Shown one piece after another: positions 38,251 through 50,437 of a stretch of DNA of 64,000 nt. A program made the position numbers and the translations under genes. The stretch's first letter is position 1, and each line of letters starts with the position of its first letter. The notes under the pieces were generated by a model. It made no database searches. It saw nothing but the letters and a program-made list of their open reading frames with translations, and was not told the DNA's origin. Source of the stretch: Mytilus californianus (Eukaryota); assembly GCF_021869535.1 (NCBI RefSeq), contig NW_026262679.1:83824001-83888000 (forward strand), read 5' to 3'.

Positions 38251-40340
38251 AATACTTTATTGCCAATCACGGCGTCAGAAATATAATTGTTAGCCAGGAC
38301 GTGTTAAAAATTCTTTTTCTAAATTGCTAATTCTATCCACGATAATTTGTTCCTGCGATAAGATAACAAAAGATGAAAATTAATAAACTGTAATCAATGA
38401 ATTAATGAATATCCTTAGCAGATCAGCTGGTATGTTTTGTCAGTCGTAAAGAAGGACAATTTTAACATACCATGCAGTCACATCATGTTAATTTTATACG
38501 TCTATAAAATATGATATCAAATATGTGACAACTTTACGACAGAAGTTCCCCATCCGATAACCTAAGGTTATAAAGAACTAACACCATAATCTATATACAC
38601 TTCGTCTGAAATTTAGCCCAACAGTTACTAGTATCACTGTGACTAGTATATTCTATATCATATATTATTTGTTAGGGCGGGTCTGCAGTTCTTGCTGCAG
38701 CGGGATTGAACTGCTTATTTTCGGTTGGATCAAATTGATGCTATATAAAAATAAGGAGACGTGGTATGATTGTCAATGAGTTAACTATCCACCAGAGTTC
38801 AAATGAAGTGGATGTAAGCAATTATAGGCAACCGTACAGCCTTCAACAATGTGCTGTATAGTCCGCTGCATTTTTTTTCTGACAAAAGTTAATGCTAGCT
38901 GCGGAACCGTAGCTAAGTAGATGCGAGTTGGTGGAAACGGAAGGGGGGGGGGGGAAAGTTATGGTGAGAAGGGATATGCAAGTTGGCACTGAGTGGAGAC
39001 AGTTGTCTTTCTTCCCATATATATTTAGTTATGTTTAAATTTATTAAAAACAAAATCAATGTTAGTAGCTATGAAATATCTTATATACTACAGTGCCAAA
39101 TTAACAACCTTACAAAACAAAAAATAAGTTTATTCAAAGGATCTATATAAAGTTTACATGGATCGTGTCTAAATTTACGGACTCCATGCATAAACGACAT
39201 TTTCCAAATTTAGTATTTTTTTAAGATCTGTGTGGTAACTAAATCCCTTACTTATTAATCCACCTGTTATACAAAGATTACGTTCATTGAAATCAATTTA
39301 AAACGCCACTACAGACACGGCCACAACGAACGAATCGGGTAACACCCGTGGGAACAATATATCTAATATGTCAATATATATGTTCCTGGTAACACACACA
39401 ACGCAAGAAGCCAGGGGCCAAATAAAAGTCATAAATAGGAAACGGACAATCGATTCATTTGTTTTATATAAATTTTTGTGCGGAATTTTTATATTTTTCA
39501 AACCAAATCCAAAATCCTTTTAGAAGTGAAGTTATGTATTTATACCTTTCTGATACAAATTAATTCATAGTTTTGGTTATGGGTGTCAGGGCTTCGAAGT
39601 CAATTTTCCAAACCATGAAGTATTTGAATAACCTTTCAGTTAAATAGATTATGCTTAAGACTATTAAAATGTTTAGGATTTTTTAATAATTTGTTCCACT
39701 AGTTTACGTCAACTTTTCAATTTTGACCCTTTTGAATTAAAATGTGAAAATTTGAATAATGATTGAAGCTACATAGACATCAGCATATGATACGTGCACC
39801 TAAAACATGCATATTTCCATTACACTGAGAGCAATGTGTAAATTGTTGTAACAAGTGCTTTGTTTGTTTGCTTTTAATTTGCGTTCTGATACATCCTGTT
39901 TTGACCTGCTGTGATATTGTTTCAGGTAAAGACGATACCGATAAATCTGGAAGCGACAACGAGTATAAAAAATGCCAAGTACAAGATGGGTCAGATCAGG
40001 TATCAATATATATATATATATAATGCGTTTTGTTAAAATATACTTTTTCACTTTTTTGGTCGTTTGGAAAATGTTATTTGTGCTGAATTTATACCCCTCT
40101 AACAAGAAATTTGTTTTGCATGCACACGTATAAAAATTGCGGTTTTTATCCAACACAATCATAGGTTTCGGAACGTTGTTTTCAATTTAGACTTGTTTAT
40201 ATTTTTTCGTTTGGGCTTGTATTATATTTGCCTTCGGGTTTATATGATCCTTTCATCCTATTATGACTCCCCAAAATTTAAGACCCTATCCTAATTTGAG
40301 GTAAATTATGTGGCCTTCTAATAACCGTTTTGATTCCTAA

Positions 40341-40382
40341 CATCACTGAAGAGACATTAATTGTCGAAATCCGGATATGGTG
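40341..40382 (+). ncRNA. Type-I hammerhead ribozyme
   Basis: Identical to 25908-25949; predicted cleavage after A40377. Confidence 0.85.
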
Positions 40383-40870
40383 AACAAAAAAATCTTTGCA
40401 CCTTTGTTTGCGGTATACCATCTTTGCCGCAAGTTTATTGTTTTCTGTTTGGTATTAAATTTATAGTTAAGATCCATTTATTACACCTTGTGATCCGTTT
40501 ATATATTTGGCAATCGCCAATGGCAGTCAGCAGGGTTTAAGAACATTTGTTGTTCGACCTGTTAGTCAAATGCATTTTGTTAAAATATACTTTTTCACTT
40601 TTTTGGTCTTTTGGAAAATGTTGTTTGTGCTGTATTTAGACCCCTCTAACAAGAAATTTGTTTTTCATGCACACGTATAAAATTGGCGGTTTTTATCCAA
40701 CGCAATCATAGGTTTGAACGTTGTTTTCAATTTAGACTTGTTTATATTTTTTCGTTTGGGCTTGTATATATATATGATCCGTTCATCCTATTTTGACTCC
40801 TCAAAATTCAAGAGCCTATCCTAAATTGGGGTAAATTATGTGGCCTTCCAATAACCGTTTCGATTCCTAA

Positions 40871-40915
40871 CATCACTGAAGAGACGTCATTAATTGTCGA
40901 AATCCGGATATGGTG
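40871..40915 (+). ncRNA. Type-I hammerhead ribozyme (3-nt insertion in loop II)
   Basis: CATCA-CTGAAGA-GAC-GTCATTAATT-GTC-GAAA-TCCGGAT-A-TGGTG; all core nucleotides are retained; predicted cleavage after A40910. Confidence 0.8.
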
Positions 40916-41420
40916 TACAAAAAAATCTTTGCACCTTTATTTGCGGTATACCATCTTTGCCGCAAGTTTATTGTTTTCTGTTTGGTATTAAATTTATAGT
41001 TAAGATCCATTTATATAATTGGCAATCGCTAATGGCAGTCAGCAGGGTTTAAGAACATTTGTTGTTCGACCTGTTAGTCAAATGCGTTTTGTTAAAATAT
41101 ACTTTTTCACTTTTTTGGTCTTTTGGAAAATGTTATTTGTGCTGTATGTAGACCCCTCTAACAAGAAATTTGTTTTGCATGCACACGTATAAAATTGCGG
41201 TTTTTATCCGACGCAATCATAGGTTTGAACGTTGTTTTCAATTTAGACTTGAATATATATATATATATATATAGAAGTCTATAAAAAGGACCAACCAGCA
41301 AATTTACTATGTACCGGATCGTCTAGAATAGACGATACTGTGCAGATAAGGAAAAAATTATATAAGTCTAGAGACTTATATACTTGAATCTCTAGACTTA
41401 TATATATATATATATATATA

Positions 41421-41690
41421 TACAACTCGTCTAAACATCAGCCCAACAATGTTAGATCTGTAAATTTGCTTTCGCAAATTTTTTTGTTCTTCCCTCGCCG
41501 GGATTCGAACTCATGCTACTGAGATATCGTGACACCAAATCGCCTGCACTGTATCCGACGCGCTAGACCACTCGACCACCTAGGCTTCACAATAATAGAG
41601 CTTTTGGTGGCTGGGTGTTACCTTTCCTCGTCAGTTTTAATCTAGCGTCGTAATACAGTACATGAAGATGGAATTATTACAGATCAGCTG
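41421..41690 (-). mobile_element. tRNA-like (A box/B box) element abutting a (TA)n tract
   Basis: Minus strand TGGTCGAGTGG (A box) and GAGTTCGAATCC (B box); decayed relatives at about 46490-46660 (+), 45915-45995 (+) and 38575-38620 (-). Confidence 0.65.
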
Positions 41691-42605
41691 AAATATATAT
41701 TGTAAAGGATCCTACAATTATATATATACTGTGGCTAGCTTATTTAGATTTCATACCATGAACATAAAAATAAATATTAAGTAATTTTTCCACGATTTTT
41801 ATTTTGGACTTCGGGGAATTGGAGAAAATGTGTATGGGATCTCAATGTAACAGTTCAAATTCCTATTCCCCTGATTTTTCACACCTAAATATATTTCATG
41901 AAATATTTTCTTACCTCAAAACATTTTTTCTCCTAATCCCATTTCCAAATTTACCTTTTGCCGCTAATGACTTTTTTACTATTTATGCTTAATATGACAT
42001 GTAAACCCATTTAGGATATATTATGAGAAGATTAACAGTTACAATAATATTACCCTATTTACAAAATTTAAAGGACAGTGGTCTGCCAATGCCACACTTT
42101 GATGCATATTCAAGACACCACAATTTGATGTTAGGGAGAACACAAGTTACCGCGAACGACATACTGCGTGTTTCATTTCAAAACTTCTTAAATCTAAAAC
42201 GCCCCGAGCTTTCATAGATCTTAATTATAAATAAAAATGAGATGAAAGATATGCTTCAATACAACCAGCTAACAACCTAACAACACAGACGTTTCTAGAT
42301 GAAATCTACCCCGATATAAGAATGTTATCGATTTCATATCAGTAATTTAAGTACTTAGAGCTTTAGGCCTTACTTTTAGTAACTTTGGGTATTCTTCTAA
42401 ATTTGAGAAAGGCTTCACATTAATCAATTACGTTTACCAAAGGAGAATTTATGTATTTCTTCTCATAGTTTATAAATGGAACTAGGTAATCGCCAGTTTC
42501 CCCACGACACAGGCGCTGAGAATATTAAAATGTTGAAGATGAGGTTCATTTTCCTTTTGACTGTTACAAATTAAGAATGGTTGAACAGTTATTCAGCGGC
42601 TTCCC

Positions 42606-43262
42606 AATTGTGAAATTTCCATTTCTATGTAGCAACATTCCAGGAGCGCCTACGTATAGTATATATCTCCCAGTTGATACGATATTCCAGAGCTTGCATT
42701 TCCTAAAATGATTTCCGTGATTGAGATGGATGGATGGATCATGCTTAACGTCCAGCGGCAAATTAATATGCATATATTCAGGACTAGAACATGTTAATGT
42801 AATATGAATATTAACCCTGCTTTGAACTAGACCGACACGCTTAGCCGGATTTTTAACGTGCTAGTTCACAAGGTAACAGTCCGCAAGAAGACATGTCACC
42901 TTACCCGGTCACATTATTCTGACTCCCAGCCGACCAGTCTTTGCTCTTACTCGTTAATGCCGCGAGCTTAGCGAAGAAGCAGCAAATACCAATTTTAAAG
43001 TCTTTGGTTTGACCCGGCTGGGGTTCGAACCCACGACCTCCCGCACTCGAGGCGAACACGCTACCAGGAGACCACCGAGGCGGTTTCCTTGGTAGAGGGT
43101 TGCTGCTTACAATGAAGCTAATAAACTAAGAGTTCCAAGGAGTGTAGTTGAAATCATCACTTCGAAAACGGACACTGACCATTATGGGATATCTGTTTCA
43201 CAGATGACGACAGATATGTTCCAATTGTCGTAATCACAATTACGTCCTCTTTTTCTCGAATT
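42606..43262 (+). mobile_element. Decayed 3' fragment of a Penelope-like retroelement RT, split by a SINE
   Basis: Translates with frameshifts to IVKFPFLCSNIPGAPTY..ISQLIRYSRAC, then RGLLLTMKL..LKSSLRK..YGISVSQMTTDMF; resembles PLE RT C-termini from memory. A second relic lies at about 44200-44300. Confidence 0.55.
42725..43084 (-). mobile_element. tRNA-derived SINE, full length
   Basis: B box GGTTCGAACCC at about 43021-43031; same core and tail as 2678-3026. Confidence 0.82.
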
Positions 43263-44883
43263 TGACCTGATCCTCGTTGTCAATTTCTAGATGTAAATCA
43301 AGATATGAAGAAGATAAACTGTATCTGTTATATCTTTTATTTTGAATACAATGGAATACATGCAATCAGTTATCATTAAGAGAGGGGCGAAGGATACCAA
43401 AGGGACATTCAAACTCATAAACCGACAATGCCATGATTAAAAAAGAAAAAGACATACAGACAAGCAACAGCACACAAATCACAACATAGAAAACCAAAGA
43501 CTGAGCAACACGAACCCCACCAAAAACCGGGGTGATCTCAGGTGCTCCGGAAGGGTAAGCAGATCCTGCTCCACATGTGGCACCCATTAAACTATTGAAT
43601 AATTCAGTGTATAAGGACATAGTCGATGTAGTATGATAACATCAATTTGGCGGATATTGGGGGTAATACATAAAGAAATAACTTGCATGCTTATCAATAG
43701 GGAAGATATATAAATTCAGTTACACGTCATTTACACTAAAAAACTAAATGACTTGTTTTGACTACTTAAATTGCTGAAATTAGTTTATTTAATACTGGAT
43801 AGCATGATAGAGAGGCGAAAGATACAAAATGGACAATCAAACGCATTAATCGAAAACAAACTGACAATGCCATGGAAAAAATAAGGCAAACGATCAAAAG
43901 ACAAACAATTACAGTATACAAAACACATCACAGAAAACCAAAGACTGAGCAACACGAACCCCACCCAAAATATTTTATTTCAACGTGAAAATGTTGTACA
44001 AAATCATAGTGTATTTTTTATGTATGTAAATGTCATGCCGCAGTGCCAATAAAGTGCCATGAATTTGAACAAAAATATTCTTATTCTGTGGCACCTTTTG
44101 TGTTGCTCATTTAAGTACAAACCCGGTGATAATTAAGTCTAATTCGGAGGTAAAAAATTATATAACATTTACGAAAAATGATAAAACTTCTGTGATTAAA
44201 TTATGAACTCTCCATTTCTATGTAGCAACAAATGAATATAAAATATATTTTCCCAGTTGGTACGATATTGCATGGCTTGCGTGTCCTATCATGATTTCTT
44301 TTTTTTTCGACTTTATTTACCGTCTTCTTAGTATCTTCTTCAAATTTTACTAGGATTGTAACCGATCAGCTATATTAGATAAAAACTCTGAATTTCAATA
44401 CTAGTAGATCTTAAGTTTGTTGATATCTGTTGAAATATTGATTGTGTTGTCATGATAAATATTCGTGCCCATATTGGAAATATAACCTTCTTCTTTTAAG
44501 GATTCATGCTTTGTTAGAACTTGCTTATAATAAAATCTTAAATCTTGAAAATCATAAAAATCTTGAAATCTTGATTATTTTCAATTTGAAATATTTATTC
44601 ATAGTGTTAACCTCGAAGTCTTACTTTCAATTAAAGTATTAGAAGGCGCTGTTCCTTTGCTTTTTGTTAGTTTATAGTGCGTGTGTCATAAATTAACACA
44701 GCGTACGTATATACGATGTATATCTCTTTCTTTCTGCTACAAACCGGCAGACATTCATAAAAATGGGTAGACCGTTCGACAAATCGGTATAGTCTACAGC
44801 GTAATTGGTTGATATGTAAATAAATTGCAAACCGCAGCTTACATGATCTCATAAGTTAATTGACTCATTTGTTTGATTTTCAG

Positions 44884-45216
44884 TGCCGAGAACGACCAAT
44901 GACATGTCAAATATACCCAGGACTTTCTGCTACACGCCTGTACAACTACCTGAAATCAAAATCAGCCTCAACACCATGTATCATTTACTACCTGAGACGA
45001 CTGCAAACTCTCAAGCCAAATTACACGAGAGAATATTTAGAGAGAAATGGAGCGCCATATCCATATAATAATATATTTAGTACGAACTTGAATGTTTCAA
45101 ATAATGCTTCAATGATGTCAACAGACTGGATGTCCATTATATCACACGATACTTCCATTTCTTTAAAAGAGAATAGCCTTTATTACAAACTGTACTACGG
45201 AAGCCAAGATCTCTGA
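44884..45216 (+). CDS. Candidate terminal exon of an unidentified gene (110 aa; CRERPMTCQIYPGLSATRLYNYLKSK...YGSQDL*)
   Basis: Acceptor tttgattttcag, 333-nt open frame, less AT-rich than its flanks; no family recognised. Confidence 0.25.
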   Translation, partial: CRERPMTCQIYPGLSATRLYNYLKSKSASTPCIIYYLRRLQTLKPNYTREYLERNGAPYPYNNIFSTNLNVSNNASMMSTDWMSIISHDTSISLKENSLYYKLYYGSQDL

Positions 45217-45698
45217 GGTTTTATTTTTTTGTTGTTGCATAGATTGCACAGTTCGTGATATTAGGGCGCTTTATTAGGGCACTTAAAAGACGTGCAATGA
45301 ATCATTGAGAGTCTGTGATATCATATGTTATTTTATCTTATTTTATATCTTGTTTTATACATTTGTTAATGTTTGTTAGACCTATAATAATTTGTTACAT
45401 ATGGGAATAAGTTTAAACAATAAATAATATGAAATTAAGATGATAGTTTTTGATTAAACTTAGTTTATTCAAAGCCTGAAATGGAAAGACTTCTTAATAT
45501 ATGCGGTACATTTTATTTGACAATAATCTCCTCATTGTATGCTTTGGAAATCTACTACACTACTCATCATTATAATATCTTTAAGGTATAATAGACTTTG
45601 ACTATACATTGCATTTACAGTCAGCAAACTTTTGATAATCGGTAATCAGAAGTTGAAACAATTCATCTTGATATTACCCAAGGACTTGTAATAAATAT

Positions 45699-45839
45699 CA
45701 GAGGCGGATTTAGAGGGGGCCCCCCTTTTCTGGGAAAAATTTGGTTGATTATATAGAGAATCACTGAAGCATGACCGGAGCGGGCCCCCTCTTAGGCAGT
45801 CAGTGGGCCCCCACATGAAAATTTCTGGATCCGCCACTG
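45699..45839. mobile_element. MITE (CAG..CTG termini); second copy at 46668-46832
   Basis: CAGAGGCGGAT ... ATCCGCCACTG TIRs; two similar copies 1 kb apart. Confidence 0.7.
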
Positions 45840-46147
45840 AATATATAAGAAATGCAGTTCCTTGTATTAATCTAGACAGTCACTATCTACTTGCCACTAT
45901 ACATCTTGTATTGTGTTACGCAAATTTACAGATCTAACATCGAACATTTTTGGGCTAAATTTCAGACGAAGTATATAAAAATTATGGTGTTAGCCTTTTA
46001 TAACCAGCTGATAACCACAGGTTATGGAGATTTGTCACATATTTAGACTCATATAATATAATAAAGATTTAATGTGACGGCATGGTAAGTGAAATTATAA
46101 TCCAGTTTACGACCGACTAGAACAGTGGATCTGCAAGGTACACCATC

Positions 46148-46429
46148 CACTCAAAGAAATACATAGTACCTGAAGTTTTTACTAGTTAATTCGTAAAATG
46201 GCTTACTGTCCATGAGATTACTAGCAGTTTTAGTAAAATTTACTTGGTAGAAAGTAAACTTACTAGAAAGACTAGTAATAAGGCTAGAAAGACCAGTATT
46301 TTTTTTATTAGAAAGATTGGTAATCTTAACCAGAAAGACTACTTACTATATTAACAAATGTACTAATAGTAGTTAGAACTTTTCCTTTACTAAGTAAGCT
46401 AGTAAATATACTGGGTGTTTCTTTCAGTG
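46148..46429. mobile_element. EnSpm/CACTA-like MITE
   Basis: CACTCAAAGAAATAC ... GTGTTTCTTTCAGTG TIR, TC on both flanks (2-bp TSD), internal CTAGAAAGAC-like repeats. Confidence 0.6.
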
Positions 46430-49085
46430 TCTACTTGCCACAATACATGATTGCCACAATACATCATGTATTGTGTTACAATTCTAGATAAGCCGACAAG
46501 GAAAGGCATAACTCGACTAATGTCTCTAGTTGGCAGAGTGGTGTAAGGCGCTAGACATAGTGCAAGATGTCGCAGAAGCAGGGATTCTAATATCGATGAG
46601 GGCTAACGCAAATTTGCAGATCTAACGTTGTTGTTCTATAATTTAGACATACATACATAATTGTGTTCAGAGGCAGATTTGGTTTTTTTTTGGGGGGCAG
46701 GGTGCCCGGGCCCTCCCTTTTGTGGGAAAGATTTGGTTGATTATTTAAGGACCACTGAAGCATGACTGGAGCGGGCCCCCTCTTATGGCAGTCAGTGGGC
46801 CCCCCTTATGAAAATTTCTGGATCTGCCACTGGTGTTAGCCCTGTATAGCTACGTCAGTCGTAAAGTTGTCACATATTTAGACGTATATATATATACACG
46901 TTTGACAGTCATGAACGATTTAATGTTCTACTTATGCAGGACTTCTCGGTGGACGTAAAGCAAATATCACTGACTCAATCAACCAACAGCCATGCCATGC
47001 ATGACCCTTTGATACAACACTGCTTATCTCATGTATCTAGTGGAAAACTAGTTTAGAAATAAAGAAATAGTAAACTTTTACAGAGTAAAACAATAAAAGC
47101 TAAATTTAAGAAAACAACGGCCAAATATTTCAATATTTCTACCTAAAAGGTCTGACGGGCTGTCGATAAAAGAAAAACATCCAGTACACAAGGATTGTGA
47201 AATGACTGGCATAGATTAAGACAAGACTGTGCAGTTATACATCCGTCTCATTAAACATAGTCTCATCTTTGTATATATTTCAATTCAATGTAACACTTCA
47301 TTTTTCATAGTTATGCATGTCTACAGTTTAAACTTAAAACTTATTTGATCATTTGAGTAACTTTTTTAGAATTAACTTCACCATGAACACTCAGAGTCAA
47401 AAGCATTACATATGTATACATGTAGGTAATATTTAAGTTTTTCTATGATAAGGGTCTAACACAAAAGGGTCTTAGACAAAGGGTGCAAGAAGCAGAAAAG
47501 GTCATAGGTTAACTTTGTTTAAAGGAGTTACCGATAGTAATTTCAAAATTAACCATGCACTAAGTTAGACTGTTTGATTGAATTTTTTCTGTATATCTCT
47601 TCTCTGCAAATGATTAGAGTAACAGGCCTTATTCAAACTTTCAGGGATTTTGGCAGAAACATTAAACTAAACACAGGATATAGTACATATAATGTTTATA
47701 CTGTAAAAAACAAGAAAGGATACATTTGGCACCTTCTGACATGCAATTATGATTCTACAATTGTAAAAGCTAGATTCATGGCCCTGATTCATTCTATAAA
47801 ATATTATGATACTTTATTTTCATCATACAAACATGATTTAAAAATGAAATTTACTATTCTAAACATTTATACTTAGACAAATATAATGCTCTGGATAACA
47901 TATAGATAAAAAATACAGAATATGGTAATCATATATTTTCCCTTTTTTATGTCTACATCAGTGTCCAGTTTTGTTTTATTTTAATTAAAAAACCTAACAT
48001 TTCAAATGAATGATATCTATAAGAAGATATTCATTTAGCTGAAACTATACAAAAATCTTTTAAGAAAAAGAAAATTGTCTTAGCATGAGGATTTTTTCTA
48101 GAATGATCATTTATTTTCATTTGTAACTATGTGTGCTTAATTTTTTTTGCCGTACAAAAATTTATTTTCACTTTTATACACATTTGTATCCTCAAATATC
48201 CTGCATTTTATGTTTCAGAATATTCATTTTCATCCTGTCTTGTGAAAAGTCATATATTTTCAGTTCTTACCAGACAAAGTTATTCATTTTTAAAAATCCT
48301 CCTCCCTCTCCCCCAGAAAATCAAATGGTCGTCCTCTAAGGGGGCATGTGTCAAATGAAAAGAAGTCATCTTTAGACGATTTCACAAACATCTGGATTCA
48401 TTTGCTCCATAATTAATAAAATAAAATAAGGAGATATGGTATGATTTTAAATAAGACAACTATCCACCAAAGGACAAAGATATAAACAACTAAGGATTTG
48501 ACCTTGAACAAGTAAAGGGCAAAATACATACCCTAATAGTCAGCTGGATAAAAATGCATTTTCCTTGCAATTACTCTGACTTATTATGGCAGTGATTTTG
48601 GTTGGAATTCTGGACAAGAATGAGCTATGGATCATTGAAAACAAGTTTTGTTTTTGGTACATCTATATAGCTAAAAAGTCATTTTGAGATATATAAGATA
48701 AATACCATTTCCACCTATAATAGACTGCAAGGAAATACACACATGTTATACAGGGTGTAAACACAACCACACAAAAAATAATTCTCATAAACTTATCGGT
48801 AAATAATTGAATAGGTTTCACAACTCTAAATACAATTTTATATTGCATCTGAAGCTAATTACTAACTTACACACACTATAAATACATGCTTAATTCTACA
48901 CAACTCAAACATTAAAAACAGACTTTAAATAAGAGAACATCAATATAAATACTTGAGGAATATAACAGATACATAAATAAGCTTGTTATCAGGATATACA
49001 CATTTTATGCAATGTCATCACTTCATTTCAAGATAATAACCTTAAGAGTATTCTTTCAACATACATGTAGAGTGGTTTAAGCAAT

Positions 49086-50437
49086 AACTAGATGTGTCGG
49101 AACGACACGAATGGTCCTGTCTCAAAAAACAGAAAAATCTGCAATTTCAACAACACATGTGGACACAAACATACATGGATAGTATCCAGCTCTCAAGACC
49201 AATACTAGTTTGATGAAAAATTTCCTTGATCAATGAGTAGTTAAATTTCAAACTATCAGCAAACAGGAAGTGGATGTACTGAAGATGTGTTGAAACAACA
49301 TGAAAATCAGCATATCGTAACAAAACTTAAACTTGATCTGTAACTCAACATGGTTAACTCACATACAAAAAATCAGCCCAATATCTAAAGGCGTTTAGAA
49401 AAAATGTCTGTATAACTGTGATTTTCAACAATTTATCAAAATCCAAAGCCCATAATTTCAGCAAAAATTAGCAGAGTGGAAAGAAACTTAAACTTGATCT
49501 GTAACTCATCATGGTTAACTCACAAACCAAAAATCAGCCTAATATCTGAAGGCGTTTAGAAAAAAAAAATTTCGTATAACTGTAATTTTCAACAATTTAT
49601 CAAAGTCCAAAGCCCATAATTTCAGCAAAAACTAGCAGAGTGGAACGAAACTTAAACTTGATCTGTAACTCATCATGGTTAACTCACATACCAAAAATCA
49701 GCCCAATATCTAAAGCGTTTAGATAAAAAGTCTGTATAACTGTGATTTTCAACAATTTATCAAAGTCCAAAGCCCGTAATTTCAGCAAAAATTAGCAGAG
49801 TGGAAAGAAACTTAAACTTGATCTGTAATCATCATGGTTAACTCACATACCAAAAATCAGCCCAATATCTGAAGGCGTTTAGATAAAAAGTCTGTATAAC
49901 TGTGATTTTCAACAATTTATCAAAGTCCAAAGCCCGTAATTTCAGCAAAAATTAGTAGAGTGGAAAGAAACTTAAACTTGATCTGTAATCATCATGGTTA
50001 ACTCACATACCAAAAATCAGCCCAATATCTGAAGGCGTTTAGAAAAAAAGTCCGTATAACTGTGATTTTCAACAATTTATCAAAGCCCGTAATTTCAGCA
50101 AAAATTAGTAGAACAAAAATCAGCCCAATATCTGAAGGCGTTTAGAAAAAAAGTCCGTATAACTGTGATTTTCAACAATTTATCAAAGTCCAAAGCCTGT
50201 AATTTCGGCAAAAATTAGCAGAGCGGAACGAAACTTAAACTTAAACTTGATCTGTAACTCATCATGGTTAACTCACATACCAAAAAATCAGCCCAATATC
50301 TGAAGGCTTTAGAAAAAAAACCTGTATAATGGTTTGTTGCGGAATGACGGAATGATTGACGGAATGACAGAATGATGGAATGACGGACAAGGGTAAAACT
50401 ATATGGCCCCGACAACTTTGTTGCGGGGCCACAAAAA
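49086..50437 (+). mobile_element. HINE-like element with about six 161-bp units
   Basis: AAAAATCAGCCCAATATCT recurs near 49370, 49530, 49693, 49853, 50013, 50115 and 50283; GGAATGAC microsatellite; 3' hairpin TGGCCCCGACAAC..GTTGCGGGGCCA followed by an A-run. Confidence 0.75.

Larger units (their letters stand above)
40022..41251 (+). mobile_element. Retrozyme-like repeat locus 2: 2.3 units with two hammerheads, bounded by (TA)n on both sides
   Basis: AATGC(G/A)TTTTG at 40022, 40569 and 41081; (TA)n at about 40006-40022 and 41253-41272. Confidence 0.85.

Noticed and set aside
41490-41590. Possible tRNA gene
   Set aside because: A and B boxes are present, but the acceptor stem pairs poorly, there is no clear anticodon arm or T4 terminator, and decayed dispersed copies exist. 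The SINE heads were rejected as tRNA genes for similar reasons.
42000-42600. Coding-like segment next to the PLE relic
   Set aside because: Stops in all frames and no recognisable family; cannot be supported without a search.
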